This document shows positions 8,596 through 17,592 of a stretch of 64,000 bases of DNA, in pieces. The DNA is from a virus (lineage: Duplodnaviria > Caudoviricetes), in IMG/VR virus record IMGVR_UViG_3300005686_000008; one strand, written 5' to 3'. The notes below the pieces were generated by a model. That model saw only the letters and a list, made by a program, of their open reading frames with translations, did not search any database and was not told the DNA's origin. The position numbers and the translations under genes are program-made. How positions within the stretch are numbered: the stretch's first letter is position 1; every line of letters begins with the position of its first letter.

Positions 8596-9942
8596 ATGGA
8601 TACTAAAAGGGTTTACAAAAATCCTAACATGGAAAAAAGGAGGCAAGAATTGCTCAAGAAGGAGCAGGCTTCTTTTTTGTTAATTTCTAACAAGAACAGA
8701 TATGTCCATAAGCCCGAAAGAATCGATCTTGCCTTTGAAAAATCCAAAGAATACATTGCCAATGGCAAAATCCCCCACAGAGAAGATAAACTCGTAAATT
8801 TGTTTATTCCTCTTGGAAAAAGCAATTCTGCTTATCTTCTTCGTCTTCTCAAAACTGTTGAAAAAGAAACAGATTTCTTTGAAGATGAAAAGTATTGCTG
8901 GAAGTTTCTAAATGGATGCATGATAATGGCGTATTGGGGAGACTTCTGGGTAAGAGAGCCGGAAGTTTGGAAAAACAAAACCCATAATGTTGAAAAGCAG
9001 TTTACCAGCTTATTGCATTACCTTTTTGCCAAGTACCCCGTTCCTTCCTTCATGAACGAGGCTTTCTTGTCCAATGATGGAATGGGTTCGAAAAAGCAAG
9101 AATGGTTCTTGCATATGGGTAGCGGTCAAAACATAAGAACAGCGCATGGGTTGCCATACCCGATGACAAGAATGATGGCTCACCTGTTTTCTGAGGCTCC
9201 TTCAGATTTCAAAATCATGGAAGCCTTCAGGTTTGCTCATATCCGCTCTCTTGACGGCTCTATGCCCATAATCAAAGGGTGGCTTGAGTCCCCATTGGCT
9301 ATTGATTTTAGCAACATGGATTTCTGGGATTCCGTTGTTCGCTTTTTTATTGATAACCCGATGCTTGACCCCAGCAAGATTTCTTCCATTATTGATTACA
9401 TTTATAACCAAAAATACGTTGATACTCTTCTCGTAACTCCTGATGGCACAAGAATTAATCGGGGACCAGCGCAGCCTAACTTCACAATGAAGGGAAGGAA
9501 TCCCGAAGCGTTATTGACTCAAGTTGAGAAATGGCATACCCATACAGCTATCAGCAAAAAGAATTCTTTCTTGCAATGGAAGTCTTGCGGCATTCCTGGC
9601 GGTCGCATTGAAGAAGGTTCAGAAAAAGGCAGGAAAGTATACAGCATTGTTGAACTTCTTAACTCTACCGAGTTGAAAGAAGAAGGCAAAACAATGCACC
9701 ACTGCGTTGCAACATACGCATCTTCTTGTTCTTCTGGCAGAAATGCTGTTTACTCCGTTGCTCAGGTTGAAGGAAACGAATGCGGAAGAAAAGCCACAAT
9801 ATCGCTTAACCTTTCTGGCAAGCCAACCTTACAGGAAGCTCGCGGTAAATACAACGAAACACTAAGCGTCCCTGTTGCGAGGATAATTCGAACTTGGGCA
9901 AATTTGAGAAACGTTGCTATTTCAAATTGGGCAAAGTTGTGA
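8596..9942 (+). CDS. PcfJ-like domain protein
   Basis: C-terminal ELKEEGKTMHHCVATY...QEARGKYN; LFAKYPVPSFM. Confidence 0.8.
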   Translation: MDTKRVYKNPNMEKRRQELLKKEQASFLLISNKNRYVHKPERIDLAFEKSKEYIANGKIPHREDKLVNLFIPLGKSNSAYLLRLLKTVEKETDFFEDEKYCWKFLNGCMIMAYWGDFWVREPEVWKNKTHNVEKQFTSLLHYLFAKYPVPSFMNEAFLSNDGMGSKKQEWFLHMGSGQNIRTAHGLPYPMTRMMAHLFSEAPSDFKIMEAFRFAHIRSLDGSMPIIKGWLESPLAIDFSNMDFWDSVVRFFIDNPMLDPSKISSIIDYIYNQKYVDTLLVTPDGTRINRGPAQPNFTMKGRNPEALLTQVEKWHTHTAISKKNSFLQWKSCGIPGGRIEEGSEKGRKVYSIVELLNSTELKEEGKTMHHCVATYASSCSSGRNAVYSVAQVEGNECGRKATISLNLSGKPTLQEARGKYNETLSVPVARIIRTWANLRNVAISNWAKL

Positions 9943-10007
9943 TTTGATAGGGTTGCGGCCTCAGACTAAACTTCTTTCGATTTCCGTATAGGTACAGGAC
10001 CGAGCGA

Positions 10008-10652
10008 ATGGGAACAGGCATAGGACAACAGTTTCAAAAGATGCTTAGCCACTTGGTGGCTTTTCATCGAATGGAAAAAGTCCTAGAAACAGGTACGTTT
10101 ACTGGTAATGGTTCTACAAAGTGCTTGTCCGATGCTTTGGAAATGGTAGGCCCTTCTTCTTTGTTATGGACTATTGAAATCAATCATAGATACCTGAAAA
10201 TTGCGCAAGACTTCTGTAAGGGAAAAGCGAACATCGTATACTGTTTAGGTTCTAGCGTTCCCAAGAACCTGGTTCCTACGGTAGAAGATACAAAACTTTG
10301 GATTGAAAGTAACCTTGCAGAGAATCCAAAGATAAGAGTTGACTATAAGGGGTCTCCAGAAAAGTATGTTGAGGAATCTTCTGGTCAGTATGTTATTTAT
10401 GATCTTCTTGGCCTACTAATTCCTAAAATCAAGTATGACCTTATACTCCTTGATTCAGCAGGTCATATAGGTTTTGTTGAGTTTTCCTACCTAATGACCA
10501 TTCTTAACTATCCTACATTTATCGCCTTGGACGATATCAATCATATCAAACACTGGAAAACGTCTCAACAGATTTTTTCAGACAAGAGATTTGAGGTTAT
10601 CTTCAAGACAGATGAAAGATACGGCTCGATGGTTGCCAAGTTTACCCCATGA
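10008..10652 (+). CDS. Class I SAM-dependent methyltransferase-like protein
   Basis: VLETGTFTGNGST, WTIEI, DLILLDSAGH, IALDD. Confidence 0.7.
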   Translation: MGTGIGQQFQKMLSHLVAFHRMEKVLETGTFTGNGSTKCLSDALEMVGPSSLLWTIEINHRYLKIAQDFCKGKANIVYCLGSSVPKNLVPTVEDTKLWIESNLAENPKIRVDYKGSPEKYVEESSGQYVIYDLLGLLIPKIKYDLILLDSAGHIGFVEFSYLMTILNYPTFIALDDINHIKHWKTSQQIFSDKRFEVIFKTDERYGSMVAKFTP

Positions 10653-10836
10653 TTTATGCAAATAACTTCGCAAAAACTACTTGTACTTTTGAAAGCTAGC
10701 AAAGAAATGGCTAGACTGTATGAAATAACAGATTCCGATGCCATGCAAAAGGGATTGGAAATCATGGGCGATATAGCCTCTGAATTCTCATCAGATGAAT
10801 TGCAAAAGATGATTGAAGAGGTTGAGAAAGAAATTT

Positions 10837-10862
10837 GTCCCAGTAGCTCAGTTGAATAGAGA
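10837..10862 (+). pseudogene. 5' part of an interrupted tRNA-Arg(TCT)
   Basis: GTCCCAG-TA-GCTCAGTTGAATAGAG; the acceptor strand is exactly complementary to CTGGGAC at 11382-11388. Confidence 0.7.
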
Positions 10863-10874
10863 GTGTATAAAAAT

Positions 10875-10947
10875 GTCCTCGTAGCTCAATTGGAAGAGCA
10901 ACAGCCTTCTAAGCTGTAGGTTACTGGTTCGAGTCCAGTCGGGGATG
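10875..10947 (+). tRNA. tRNA-Arg(TCT), inside the insert
   Basis: GTCCTCG/CGGGGAT-G, ACAGC-CTTCTAA-GCTGT, TTCGAGT. Confidence 0.9.
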
Positions 10948-10982
10948 CTTGATTAGAAGAAGGATTTCTAAACAGTTCTTTG

Positions 10983-11007
10983 TATTTCACCTATAGGAGG
11001 TGAAATA
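10983..11007 (+). promoter_or_regulatory. RBS-sequestering hairpin of the HNH gene
   Basis: TATTTCACCT/AGGTGAAATA 10-bp stem covering the Shine-Dalgarno and the A of ATG. Confidence 0.7.
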
Positions 11008-11354
11008 TGAGGAAATGTCAAAAATGTCAGGTAGAAAAAAATGAAGAAGAGTTTTATGCGACAACTCGCAAAAACAGCTATTGTAAAGTCTGTTTTAATG
11101 AGTATTGCATAAACAGATGGAAGCAAAGAAAAATTGATGCAGTTAACTACAAAGGTGGCAAATGCGTAATATGTGGATATAAAAAGAATCATTCCGCATT
11201 AGATTTCCACCACAGAAATCCTAAAGAAAAAGATGTTGATTGGAGTCAATTAAGACTTAGAAGTTGGAAAAAGATTATTGAGGAACTCAATAAATGCGAT
11301 CTAGTTTGTAGAAACTGTCATGCGGAAATCCATAATCCGCAGTCAAGCTTCTAA
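11007..11354 (+). CDS. HNH homing-type endonuclease
   Basis: CQKC...CKVC, GGKCVICGY, ALDFHHRNP, KCDLVCRNCHAEIH. Confidence 0.88.
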   Translation: MRKCQKCQVEKNEEEFYATTRKNSYCKVCFNEYCINRWKQRKIDAVNYKGGKCVICGYKKNHSALDFHHRNPKEKDVDWSQLRLRSWKKIIEELNKCDLVCRNCHAEIHNPQSSF

Positions 11355-11389
11355 GCGGCAGGTCACAGGTTTGAGTCCTGTCTGGGACG
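11348..11389 (+). pseudogene. 3' part of the interrupted tRNA-Arg(TCT)
   Basis: CTTCTAA-GCGGC-AGGTC-ACAGG-TTTGAGT-CCTGT-CTGGGAC-G. Confidence 0.75.
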
Positions 11390-11392
11390 TTT

Positions 11393-12226
11393 ATGAAAGT
11401 TATTAGAAGCGAACATGGAATTGAATTAATTCCAGAAACGGAGTTCGAAAAAGAGTGCTTGAGGCTAATTGCCAATAGAGCAGTAACTCCTGTTTGGACA
11501 GACTCTTGGAACCGAAGCGGCAATCTCAAGATTGAAGCTAAAGAACCAGATTGGGGAACGTAGTCATGTCAGAGATGCACGACTGTCCTCAATGTAATAA
11601 AAGGCATGTTTCATGGGACGCTCGATGCGGCTCATGGTTATGCCTAACAATTGGATGCGGATATTCTACGAAAGTTTATCCACGATTGAAGAAAGAGAAC
11701 GGAACAATGAACGGTCCCGAATCCCTTTATTCTCTCCGGTTTCCTAACGGATTCAAGATTGATGACGAATCAGCCCTGTCTGAAATGTATGTTAAGGACA
11801 GGATTGACTGCGAAGCGACTGGAAACATCAAGTTTCTCATTTCAAAATGGCAGTTTTTATGTCCTTCGATTCAAGGTAAAACCAATATCAACAACGATGA
11901 CGTTCTTGTTCCTCGCGAACTTTTGCATCTTGCTATATTCGCTCGTAAGTTTGGGGTTAGCGAAGGATTGATTTTCTTCCAACTCATTAATAGCGGTAAA
12001 TTAACTGTTGATCAAGATGGATTTGTAAGAAGCAAGTAAGGATTTAGACATGAAATACCTTTGTTTTATCTTTGGAGTTCTTTTGATTGCCGGCGCTTTG
12101 GCCGCTTGGGTTTTCTATGGCAAGCCCGGTGAGGATGGGGGAGGCCATGCCTTTGTTGGCATTGCTGGCGCTGTTATTGCAGGTTGGGGCGTAAGTATTC
12201 ATGAACGGGAACTGGAAAAGAAATAA
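11393..12226 (+). other. Three small ORFs (11393-11563, 11566-12039 Zn-ribbon, 12050-12226 two-TM)
   Basis: Manual translation; tightly packed + ORFs. Confidence 0.5.
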
Positions 12227-12231
12227 ATCAA

Positions 12232-12305
12232 GCTCTCGTAGCTCAGTTGGATAGAGCAGCGGTTTCCTAAACCGCAGGTCGTGCGTTCGAGTCGCGCCGG
12301 GAGCG
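12232..12305 (+). tRNA. tRNA-Arg(CCT)
   Basis: GCTCTCG/CGGGAGC-G, GCGGT-TTCCTAA-ACCGC, TTCGAGT. Confidence 0.92.
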
Positions 12306-12324
12306 TTTAACTCAGGAGAGTACA

Positions 12325-12618
12325 ATGTTCAACCCTGTCGAGTGGATGAAAGAGCAGTATGCCGAATCATTTTGCCTTAGTATGGTAACTCTCATACTGT
12401 CAGTCCCTCTTTCTGTATTCGCATTGGGGCTTGAAATTGGCTGGTTGTTTTATGTTTCTGTTTTCGTAACACTCTTTGCTATTGTCTTGTTTATAACTAC
12501 GCTGGTCCTTTTTGTTCTCGAAGAAAAGCGTAAGGAAACGGAAGCAGCAGAAAGAAAGAAGAAATACTATGGAAATGCCGTTGACAAATCTGGAGAGAGT
12601 TCGTCAAGGAAGGCTTGA
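12325..12618 (+). CDS. Small two-TM membrane protein
   Basis: RBS aggag; two hydrophobic helices. Confidence 0.55.
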   Translation: MFNPVEWMKEQYAESFCLSMVTLILSVPLSVFALGLEIGWLFYVSVFVTLFAIVLFITTLVLFVLEEKRKETEAAERKKKYYGNAVDKSGESSSRKA

Positions 12619-14050
12619 GAAGATTCGAGAACTTGGTATTGACCCATACGGAATTCCAGTTTTTGAAATAAAGCCTATTTATGAGGTTGTTGATTCGTTT
12701 ATAGGTAATGAATCTACAGCTTCTCCAGAGTATCTTGCAAGAGAATGGAGAACGCAAGGTCGCATTGTCTTACTAAGAGACAATGGCGGTCTTATTTGGC
12801 TTAAGATTCGAGATGATTCCAGAGAGGTTCAAATTGCCATTAGCAAGAAGGATGTAGTTGGAGAGAAGACTTTTCAACTTGCCAAGCTTCTTGACCTTGG
12901 AGATATTGTATTTGTTGTAGGCACGTTGCGCAGGACAAAGACTGGCGAAATTACTATATGGGCGACGGATGTTGGATTGGCCTGTAAGAGCCTCGCCCAT
13001 CCTCCTGATAAGGTTGCAGGACTTCAGGATGTTGAATTGAGATATCGTAAGCGGTACATTGATATGGCCTTTAATGAAGGCTTTATCAAGACTCTTAAGA
13101 TTCGTTCAAGAATCATTCAACTTTTACGTTCAGAGTTTGAAGATAGGCGTTATATCGAAGTTGAAACGCCGATGCTTCATCCTATTGCTGGCGGCGCTGC
13201 GGCAAGACCATTCAAGACCCATCTAAACGCCCTTGATATTCCTCTTTATATGAGAGTTGCTCCAGAACTCTATCTCAAGAGGCTCATTGTTGGAGGAATG
13301 AGAAGAGTCTTTGAAATCAATCGCAACTTCCGTAATGAGGGGATTGATGCAACTCACAATCCTGAGTTTACCGCCCTTGAAGCGTATGCTATCAATGAAG
13401 ATGTATTCTCATTGATGAATCTGGTTGAAAGCATTATTAAGGACGTAGCCCGTAACCTTTTCAGGAGTCCCCCTTCAAGCAATCCGCTCCCGGATCCTGT
13501 TCATGTTTACAATTACGATGGATACGAAATTGACTTGCGTTCTCCGTTCAAGATTGTCAGCTATAGCGAACTCTATCATAGAGCAACAGGTCTTACTTTG
13601 ACCGAGGATACGGACTTTGTAAAGGCCAATGAAATATTTGAAGAGAAGGCAGAAGTCCTTATTGACCCAAGAATTCCTACGTTTGTTCATGGATATCCTG
13701 CCGCTATTTCTCCTCTTACAAAGGTTGCTTCCAAGCAGTCAATTATTGCGCAAAGAGCAGATTTGTTTATTGGCGGCATGGAAATTGGAACTATCTATAC
13801 TGAGCAAAACGATCCGAATGTTCAATATAACGTGTTTACCAATCAACTTGCCGGGGACGATGACGAAGAATCTACCCATAGAACCTTAGATGAAGATTTC
13901 ATTGAAGCCTTGAAGGTTGGTATGCCTCCTACCGGAGGACTTGGAATCGGCATTGATAGGTTAGTAATGCTTTTGACTGGAAACACAAGTGTTAGAGACG
14001 TTATCGCATTCCCGTTTATGAGGCCGCTTCACTCAGCAGTGGCCGACTAA
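12569..14050 (+). CDS. lysS: Lysyl-tRNA synthetase (class II)
   Basis: OB-fold, ELRYRKRYID, EVETPML, GGAAARPF.TH, FRNEGID.THNPEFT, GMPPTGGLGIGIDRLVM. Confidence 0.96.
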   Translation: MEMPLTNLERVRQGRLEKIRELGIDPYGIPVFEIKPIYEVVDSFIGNESTASPEYLAREWRTQGRIVLLRDNGGLIWLKIRDDSREVQIAISKKDVVGEKTFQLAKLLDLGDIVFVVGTLRRTKTGEITIWATDVGLACKSLAHPPDKVAGLQDVELRYRKRYIDMAFNEGFIKTLKIRSRIIQLLRSEFEDRRYIEVETPMLHPIAGGAAARPFKTHLNALDIPLYMRVAPELYLKRLIVGGMRRVFEINRNFRNEGIDATHNPEFTALEAYAINEDVFSLMNLVESIIKDVARNLFRSPPSSNPLPDPVHVYNYDGYEIDLRSPFKIVSYSELYHRATGLTLTEDTDFVKANEIFEEKAEVLIDPRIPTFVHGYPAAISPLTKVASKQSIIAQRADLFIGGMEIGTIYTEQNDPNVQYNVFTNQLAGDDDEESTHRTLDEDFIEALKVGMPPTGGLGIGIDRLVMLLTGNTSVRDVIAFPFMRPLHSAVAD

Positions 14051-14086
14051 ACTTTTGAATCAAGACTCGTTAAAAAGGAGCAGTAT

Positions 14087-14713
14087 ATGAGTATGAGCAT
14101 GCAAGCGGCAATCCAGAAGTTTCGTTCCGAGTACAAAGGCCCTCCGATCTATTTCTTTATCACTGGCGGCGGGCATTCCTGCCTTGATTTCCGTCGTTTC
14201 CCGGGAGCGAGCAAGTTGCTTCGCGGAGCGTTTGAACCTTACGCTTCTGAGGAAATTGCAGAATTCATGAATGGATTTCACCAGGGCGGACAACATATCG
14301 ACCCTAGCAATTTTTCATTCTGTACTGAACAGATGACGATTGATGCGCTTAGCGCTTTGAGCGGTTTTGTTCATGATACCATCGCCTTAATGGTAGTTGT
14401 CAATTCCGCCCTTACTACTGACCGTTGGCGCAGGGGAGATAATCGCTCCTATATCGCAACCAGTCGCGGCAACCTCTTCAAGTTCAATATTAACAAGTTG
14501 GACGAGGAAACCTACGGAGTCCTCCAGAGGAATAAGCCGGCGCTCATTGATGATATTCGTCATATGGAAGATGCGAAAGTTGGGCAAGTTGTCTTGGCGA
14601 TTATCATGAATGATCCAACCATGATGCCATCTCTTGATGCTGGCGAAAGTTTGGACGTTATTTGTCGCGGCGATATCTATCAGAATCACGTTGACCACTT
14701 TGCATCTTGCTAA
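14087..14713 (+). CDS. CinA-C/PncC-like domain protein
   Basis: FITGGG......FPGASK......PYA and ALTTDRWRRGDNR, like the N-half of CinA-like/nucleotidyltransferase fusions. Confidence 0.55.
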   Translation: MSMSMQAAIQKFRSEYKGPPIYFFITGGGHSCLDFRRFPGASKLLRGAFEPYASEEIAEFMNGFHQGGQHIDPSNFSFCTEQMTIDALSALSGFVHDTIALMVVVNSALTTDRWRRGDNRSYIATSRGNLFKFNINKLDEETYGVLQRNKPALIDDIRHMEDAKVGQVVLAIIMNDPTMMPSLDAGESLDVICRGDIYQNHVDHFASC

Positions 14714-14720
14714 GTCAAAC

Positions 14721-15371
14721 ATGAACACTGATCTCATTAAGACCTTTTACGAGACGACTGCGGGCGACCGCAACCGTCTCTTTTCATTCGTAGTAAAGCC
14801 TGACGGAACTCCTATGGAGTTTCATCAATTCATTGCCGAGCAAAAACTTCAAATATCTATAATTGAAGATTCTTTTGTAGTAATACCAGGAAGTTTCAAT
14901 CCCCTTCATGACGCTCATAGAAGGTTTTTTGATAATGCTCCAAAAAACTATGGGAATAGTTGGCGCAAAGTTGTAGCAGTTTTTGAATTGTCTATTCATA
15001 GAAAAGATAAAGAATTTCTTCCTTTTGAAGAGATGGCAAAGAGAATTGAACAGTTTAGAGGATATGCGCCTGTTTGGGTAACAAATGCCTGCTATTTCAT
15101 TGAAAAAGCAGGACTTAGTATTCCTATTTGTCCTTTTTTTGAAATTGGATTTGATACTGCTGAAAGATTAATTTCTGACCACGGGGTAATTGGAGTTCAA
15201 GGTATAGATGCTAAATTTACAGTCAATCCAAGAGAAATTAATGGAAAACTTTGGACTATTGATGATTTGAAAGTTCAGTTTGGAATTACTCCTTACAATA
15301 TGCATCCTTCTCTTACTGTTTATGATACAGTAGGGATAAGTTCAACGGGTATTAGGAATGGTGTAAAATGA
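14721..15371 (+). CDS. HxGH nucleotidyltransferase (NadD/NMNAT-like)
   Basis: IPGSFNPLHDAH, FELSI...DK, F.EKA, IGFDTAERL, ISSTGIR. Confidence 0.75.
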   Translation: MNTDLIKTFYETTAGDRNRLFSFVVKPDGTPMEFHQFIAEQKLQISIIEDSFVVIPGSFNPLHDAHRRFFDNAPKNYGNSWRKVVAVFELSIHRKDKEFLPFEEMAKRIEQFRGYAPVWVTNACYFIEKAGLSIPICPFFEIGFDTAERLISDHGVIGVQGIDAKFTVNPREINGKLWTIDDLKVQFGITPYNMHPSLTVYDTVGISSTGIRNGVK

Positions 15372-15988
15372 TTATTGGCGAATCCCCATATAGTGTTGTT
15401 GCAACGAAATGGCATACATGGTTCTGCGAAGGACCGTACCAGAGCGGTAAGCAATGGAAAACCGAAAAAGAAGCCATTGATGAATGCAATCTTCTTAATT
15501 CTGTATATAACACTGGAGCAGCTAAAACGCATTCTGTTTCAGATGTTATGGTTTGTAAACTTCCTTATCAGGATGATTTCTTTGTTCATGCCCAAATGGA
15601 CGGGAAAGATGTATGGCTTTGTCAAGATGGAACTTGGACATTCAATGAAACTGATGAAAAAGTTTCTCTTCCGGGAAATACTGGCTTGAAGATGCTGGTT
15701 GAAAATAAAGACCTTGCCAAACTTGAAAGTGACATTGCCAACGCCTATCGTTGTGCTAAAGAGTACGTTCCAGATTACCCTTGGGACGATTCTCGCCAAA
15801 CTGCCTCCCAAGCGGTTTGGGCTTGCGGAGAATCGTATAGCGGAGTATGTAAGGCTTGCGAGGATTGGCAAAGACTTTTCAAGCATTTTGCCCCTGATGC
15901 TTATTCTAGGCTTTTGAGTACAAGTACCAGAGAGTATATTGAACTAGTCAAAAAACTAGAAGAGCAGGAAAAAAAGAATGAATCGTAA
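15368..15988 (+). CDS. Hypothetical protein
   Basis: ORF overlapping both neighbours. Confidence 0.55.
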   Translation: MIIGESPYSVVATKWHTWFCEGPYQSGKQWKTEKEAIDECNLLNSVYNTGAAKTHSVSDVMVCKLPYQDDFFVHAQMDGKDVWLCQDGTWTFNETDEKVSLPGNTGLKMLVENKDLAKLESDIANAYRCAKEYVPDYPWDDSRQTASQAVWACGESYSGVCKACEDWQRLFKHFAPDAYSRLLSTSTREYIELVKKLEEQEKKNES

Positions 15989-16913
15989 AGGCCTATGTTG
16001 TATTCATGTCGGATTACAAAAGTCTGGCTCCAAGTTTCAAACGATGACTTGGAGCAGATTTTCTCAAATAGGCCGAACCGCTGCCCTACCTATTTTGGCG
16101 GAAAGATATAAAAACAACCTTTCTATTATTTTGAAGATTCTTCATTGTTGCGCGCAAAAGGGCTGGTGCTATAGAGTTAGCAGCGATATCTTTCCCCTCA
16201 TGACTCATCCAGAGGCTAATCTAAAATGGGAAGATATTCCCAATCATGATGAACTAACCCGTCTTTTTCTTTCTTGCGCAAAAGAAATCTATACCAATAA
16301 TATTCGAGTTTCATGTCATCCAGACCAATTCAATGTTCTCGCTAGTCTAAATGACAAGTCTGTTGCTCAAACTATTACCGAACTTAATCATCATGGCTGG
16401 TTCATGGAACGCTTAGATAGCACAGGCTATCATTCTCCCATCAACATCCACCTTAATTGTTCTAGCGGAGACCCCAAAGAAATAGCCAAAAGGTTTAAGG
16501 ATGGTTTAGATAGGCTTGATAAGCATACTAAGCCTCGGTTGGTTATTGAAAACGAAGATAAAGGCATTTGGAATGTTCGCAATCTTATTGAACATATCCA
16601 CGAACTCACTGGAGTTCCCATTACATTTGATTATTTACATCATAAATGTAATGATGGCGGTTTGACAGAAAAAGAGGCTTTTGAGCTTTGTATTCAGACA
16701 TGGGGTAAGACTAGACCATTGTTTCATTTCTCAGAATCTTTACCTGGTCAGAAGAATCTTAGGAAGCACGCTGACTATCCGACCTATGTACCTGATACTT
16801 ATGGGTATGAAATTGACCTAGATTACGAGTTCAAGCAAAAAGATTTAGCTCTCGAAAGAGCAGAAAAAATAGCCCAAAACCTTGCAGGTGAAGAGTTGCA
16901 GGCTAAACTTTAG
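15978..16913 (+). CDS. uvsE: UV damage endonuclease UvdE/UvsE
   Basis: YRVSSDIFP, SCHPDQFNVLAS, INIH, LVIENED, FDYLHH, PLFHFSE, HADY, E.KQKD. Confidence 0.93.
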   Translation: MNRKGLCCIHVGLQKSGSKFQTMTWSRFSQIGRTAALPILAERYKNNLSIILKILHCCAQKGWCYRVSSDIFPLMTHPEANLKWEDIPNHDELTRLFLSCAKEIYTNNIRVSCHPDQFNVLASLNDKSVAQTITELNHHGWFMERLDSTGYHSPINIHLNCSSGDPKEIAKRFKDGLDRLDKHTKPRLVIENEDKGIWNVRNLIEHIHELTGVPITFDYLHHKCNDGGLTEKEAFELCIQTWGKTRPLFHFSESLPGQKNLRKHADYPTYVPDTYGYEIDLDYEFKQKDLALERAEKIAQNLAGEELQAKL

Positions 16914-16934
16914 ACGGAAAAATGGTGAGCAGAT

Positions 16935-16962
16935 TCAAGTTCTACAGAAAACTAGCCGATAG
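16935..16962 (+). promoter_or_regulatory. Candidate sigma28-type promoter for the Y RNA/Ro60 operon
   Basis: TCAAG-N15-GCCGATAG. Confidence 0.5.
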
Positions 16963-17005
16963 AGACTACGAGGACGCCTACCAACGCACTCAAGACAATC
17001 AAAAA

Positions 17006-17092
17006 GGCTTTGGCCGAAGGAATGACGGTTAACAACCCCACCACTTAGGAGTTCTGCCGTAAGGCTTCCGTTGTCCACCCCTTGCCTCAGCC
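17006..17092 (+). ncRNA. Y RNA-like unit 1
   Basis: Ends pair GGCT..GGC-CG-AAGG / CCTT-GCC..AGCC; upper stem ATGACGG/CCGTTGT followed by TTAAC; internal GTAA tetraloop hairpin. Confidence 0.75.
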
Positions 17093-17133
17093 ATTTCTTG
17101 CTGATTCAGGTCTAACGATCTGGAAGAAGCATT

Positions 17134-17264
17134 AGTTCCGAGTCGAAGCATTTTAGGTTAACAACGTTTGGGTTTCAGTAGCTTTCTATGACGCAGATAA
17201 AGAAGGTAATCCCGAAAGGGCTTCCCAATACTCTGCACTCCTAAAGGCATCCCTTACTCGGACT
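17134..17264 (+). ncRNA. Y RNA-like unit 2
   Basis: TCCGAGT-CG-AAG / CTT-ACTCGGA; upper stem TTTAGG/CCTAAA followed by TTAAC; internal GAAA tetraloop hairpin. Confidence 0.78.
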
Positions 17265-17315
17265 TTGAATAGCAAGGCTCTAAAAGAGAAATCTAATAGA
17301 GCTTATTTGAGAAGA

Positions 17316-17379
17316 TAGAAGTCGAAGGTAGAAGGTTAACATATTGCAAAAAAGACCTTTTGCCACCAACTTACTTCTA
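17316..17379 (+). ncRNA. Y RNA-like unit 3 (minimal)
   Basis: TAGAAGT-CG-AAG / CTT-ACTTCTA; upper stem GGTAGAAGGT/ACCTTTTGCC; GGTTAAC motif. Confidence 0.78.
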
Positions 17380-17402
17380 GCTTTTCTTGACAATTGAATA
17401 AT

Positions 17403-17525
17403 GCGCCTGTAGTGTAATGGCTAGCACGCTAAAACATCCTGACCAATTACTTACCGAACAGGTCGAACGGAAAGGGTTATCTCTATATCCCAGAGGTAGT
17501 TTGGGTTCGAATCCCAACGGGCGCT
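17403..17525 (+). ncRNA. yrlA: YrlA-like tRNA-mimic Y RNA
   Basis: Acceptor GCGCCTG/CGGGCGC, D arm GTGT-AATGGCTA-GCAC, T arm TTGGG-TTCGAAT-CCCAA; anticodon arm replaced by a long insert with TTACC/GGTCGAA and GGTTATC; adjacent to Ro60. Confidence 0.85.
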
Positions 17526-17545
17526 TTGTAAACGAATGTTGGAAG

Positions 17546-17585
17546 TTACATACTTCAGTAATAGTTACTGAAGTCGAATAAGGAG
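17546..17585 (+). promoter_or_regulatory. Ro-motif hairpin abutting the Ro60 RBS
   Basis: ACTTCAGTAA-tag-TTACTGAAGT, then CGAA, then TAAGGAG. Confidence 0.6.
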
Positions 17586-17592
17586 ATTGCAA

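Noticed and set aside
10863-11347. Group I intron in tRNA-Arg
   Set aside because: The insert is filled by a whole tRNA and an ORF, no group I core is recognisable, and part of the anticodon stem is lost
7880-11354. TTCTAA in tRNA loops read as a CTA amber-suppressor anticodon, implying a recoded genome
   Set aside because: The 7-nt loop register gives TCT (Arg), and conserved genes such as NADAR, uvsE and rtcB end normally at TAG
16922-17032. 36-aa ORF MVSRFKFYRK...
   Set aside because: Weak RBS; overlaps the candidate promoter and Y unit 1; cannot be fully excluded
17403-17525. Ordinary tRNA or intron-containing tRNA
   Set aside because: No anticodon stem-loop; the insert carries the Ro-binding motif shared with the neighbouring units
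17006-17580. CRISPR array suggested by the recurring GTCGAA/GGTTAAC words
   Set aside because: Shared words are only 6-7 nt with irregular spacing and end-to-end pairing; no cas genes in the window
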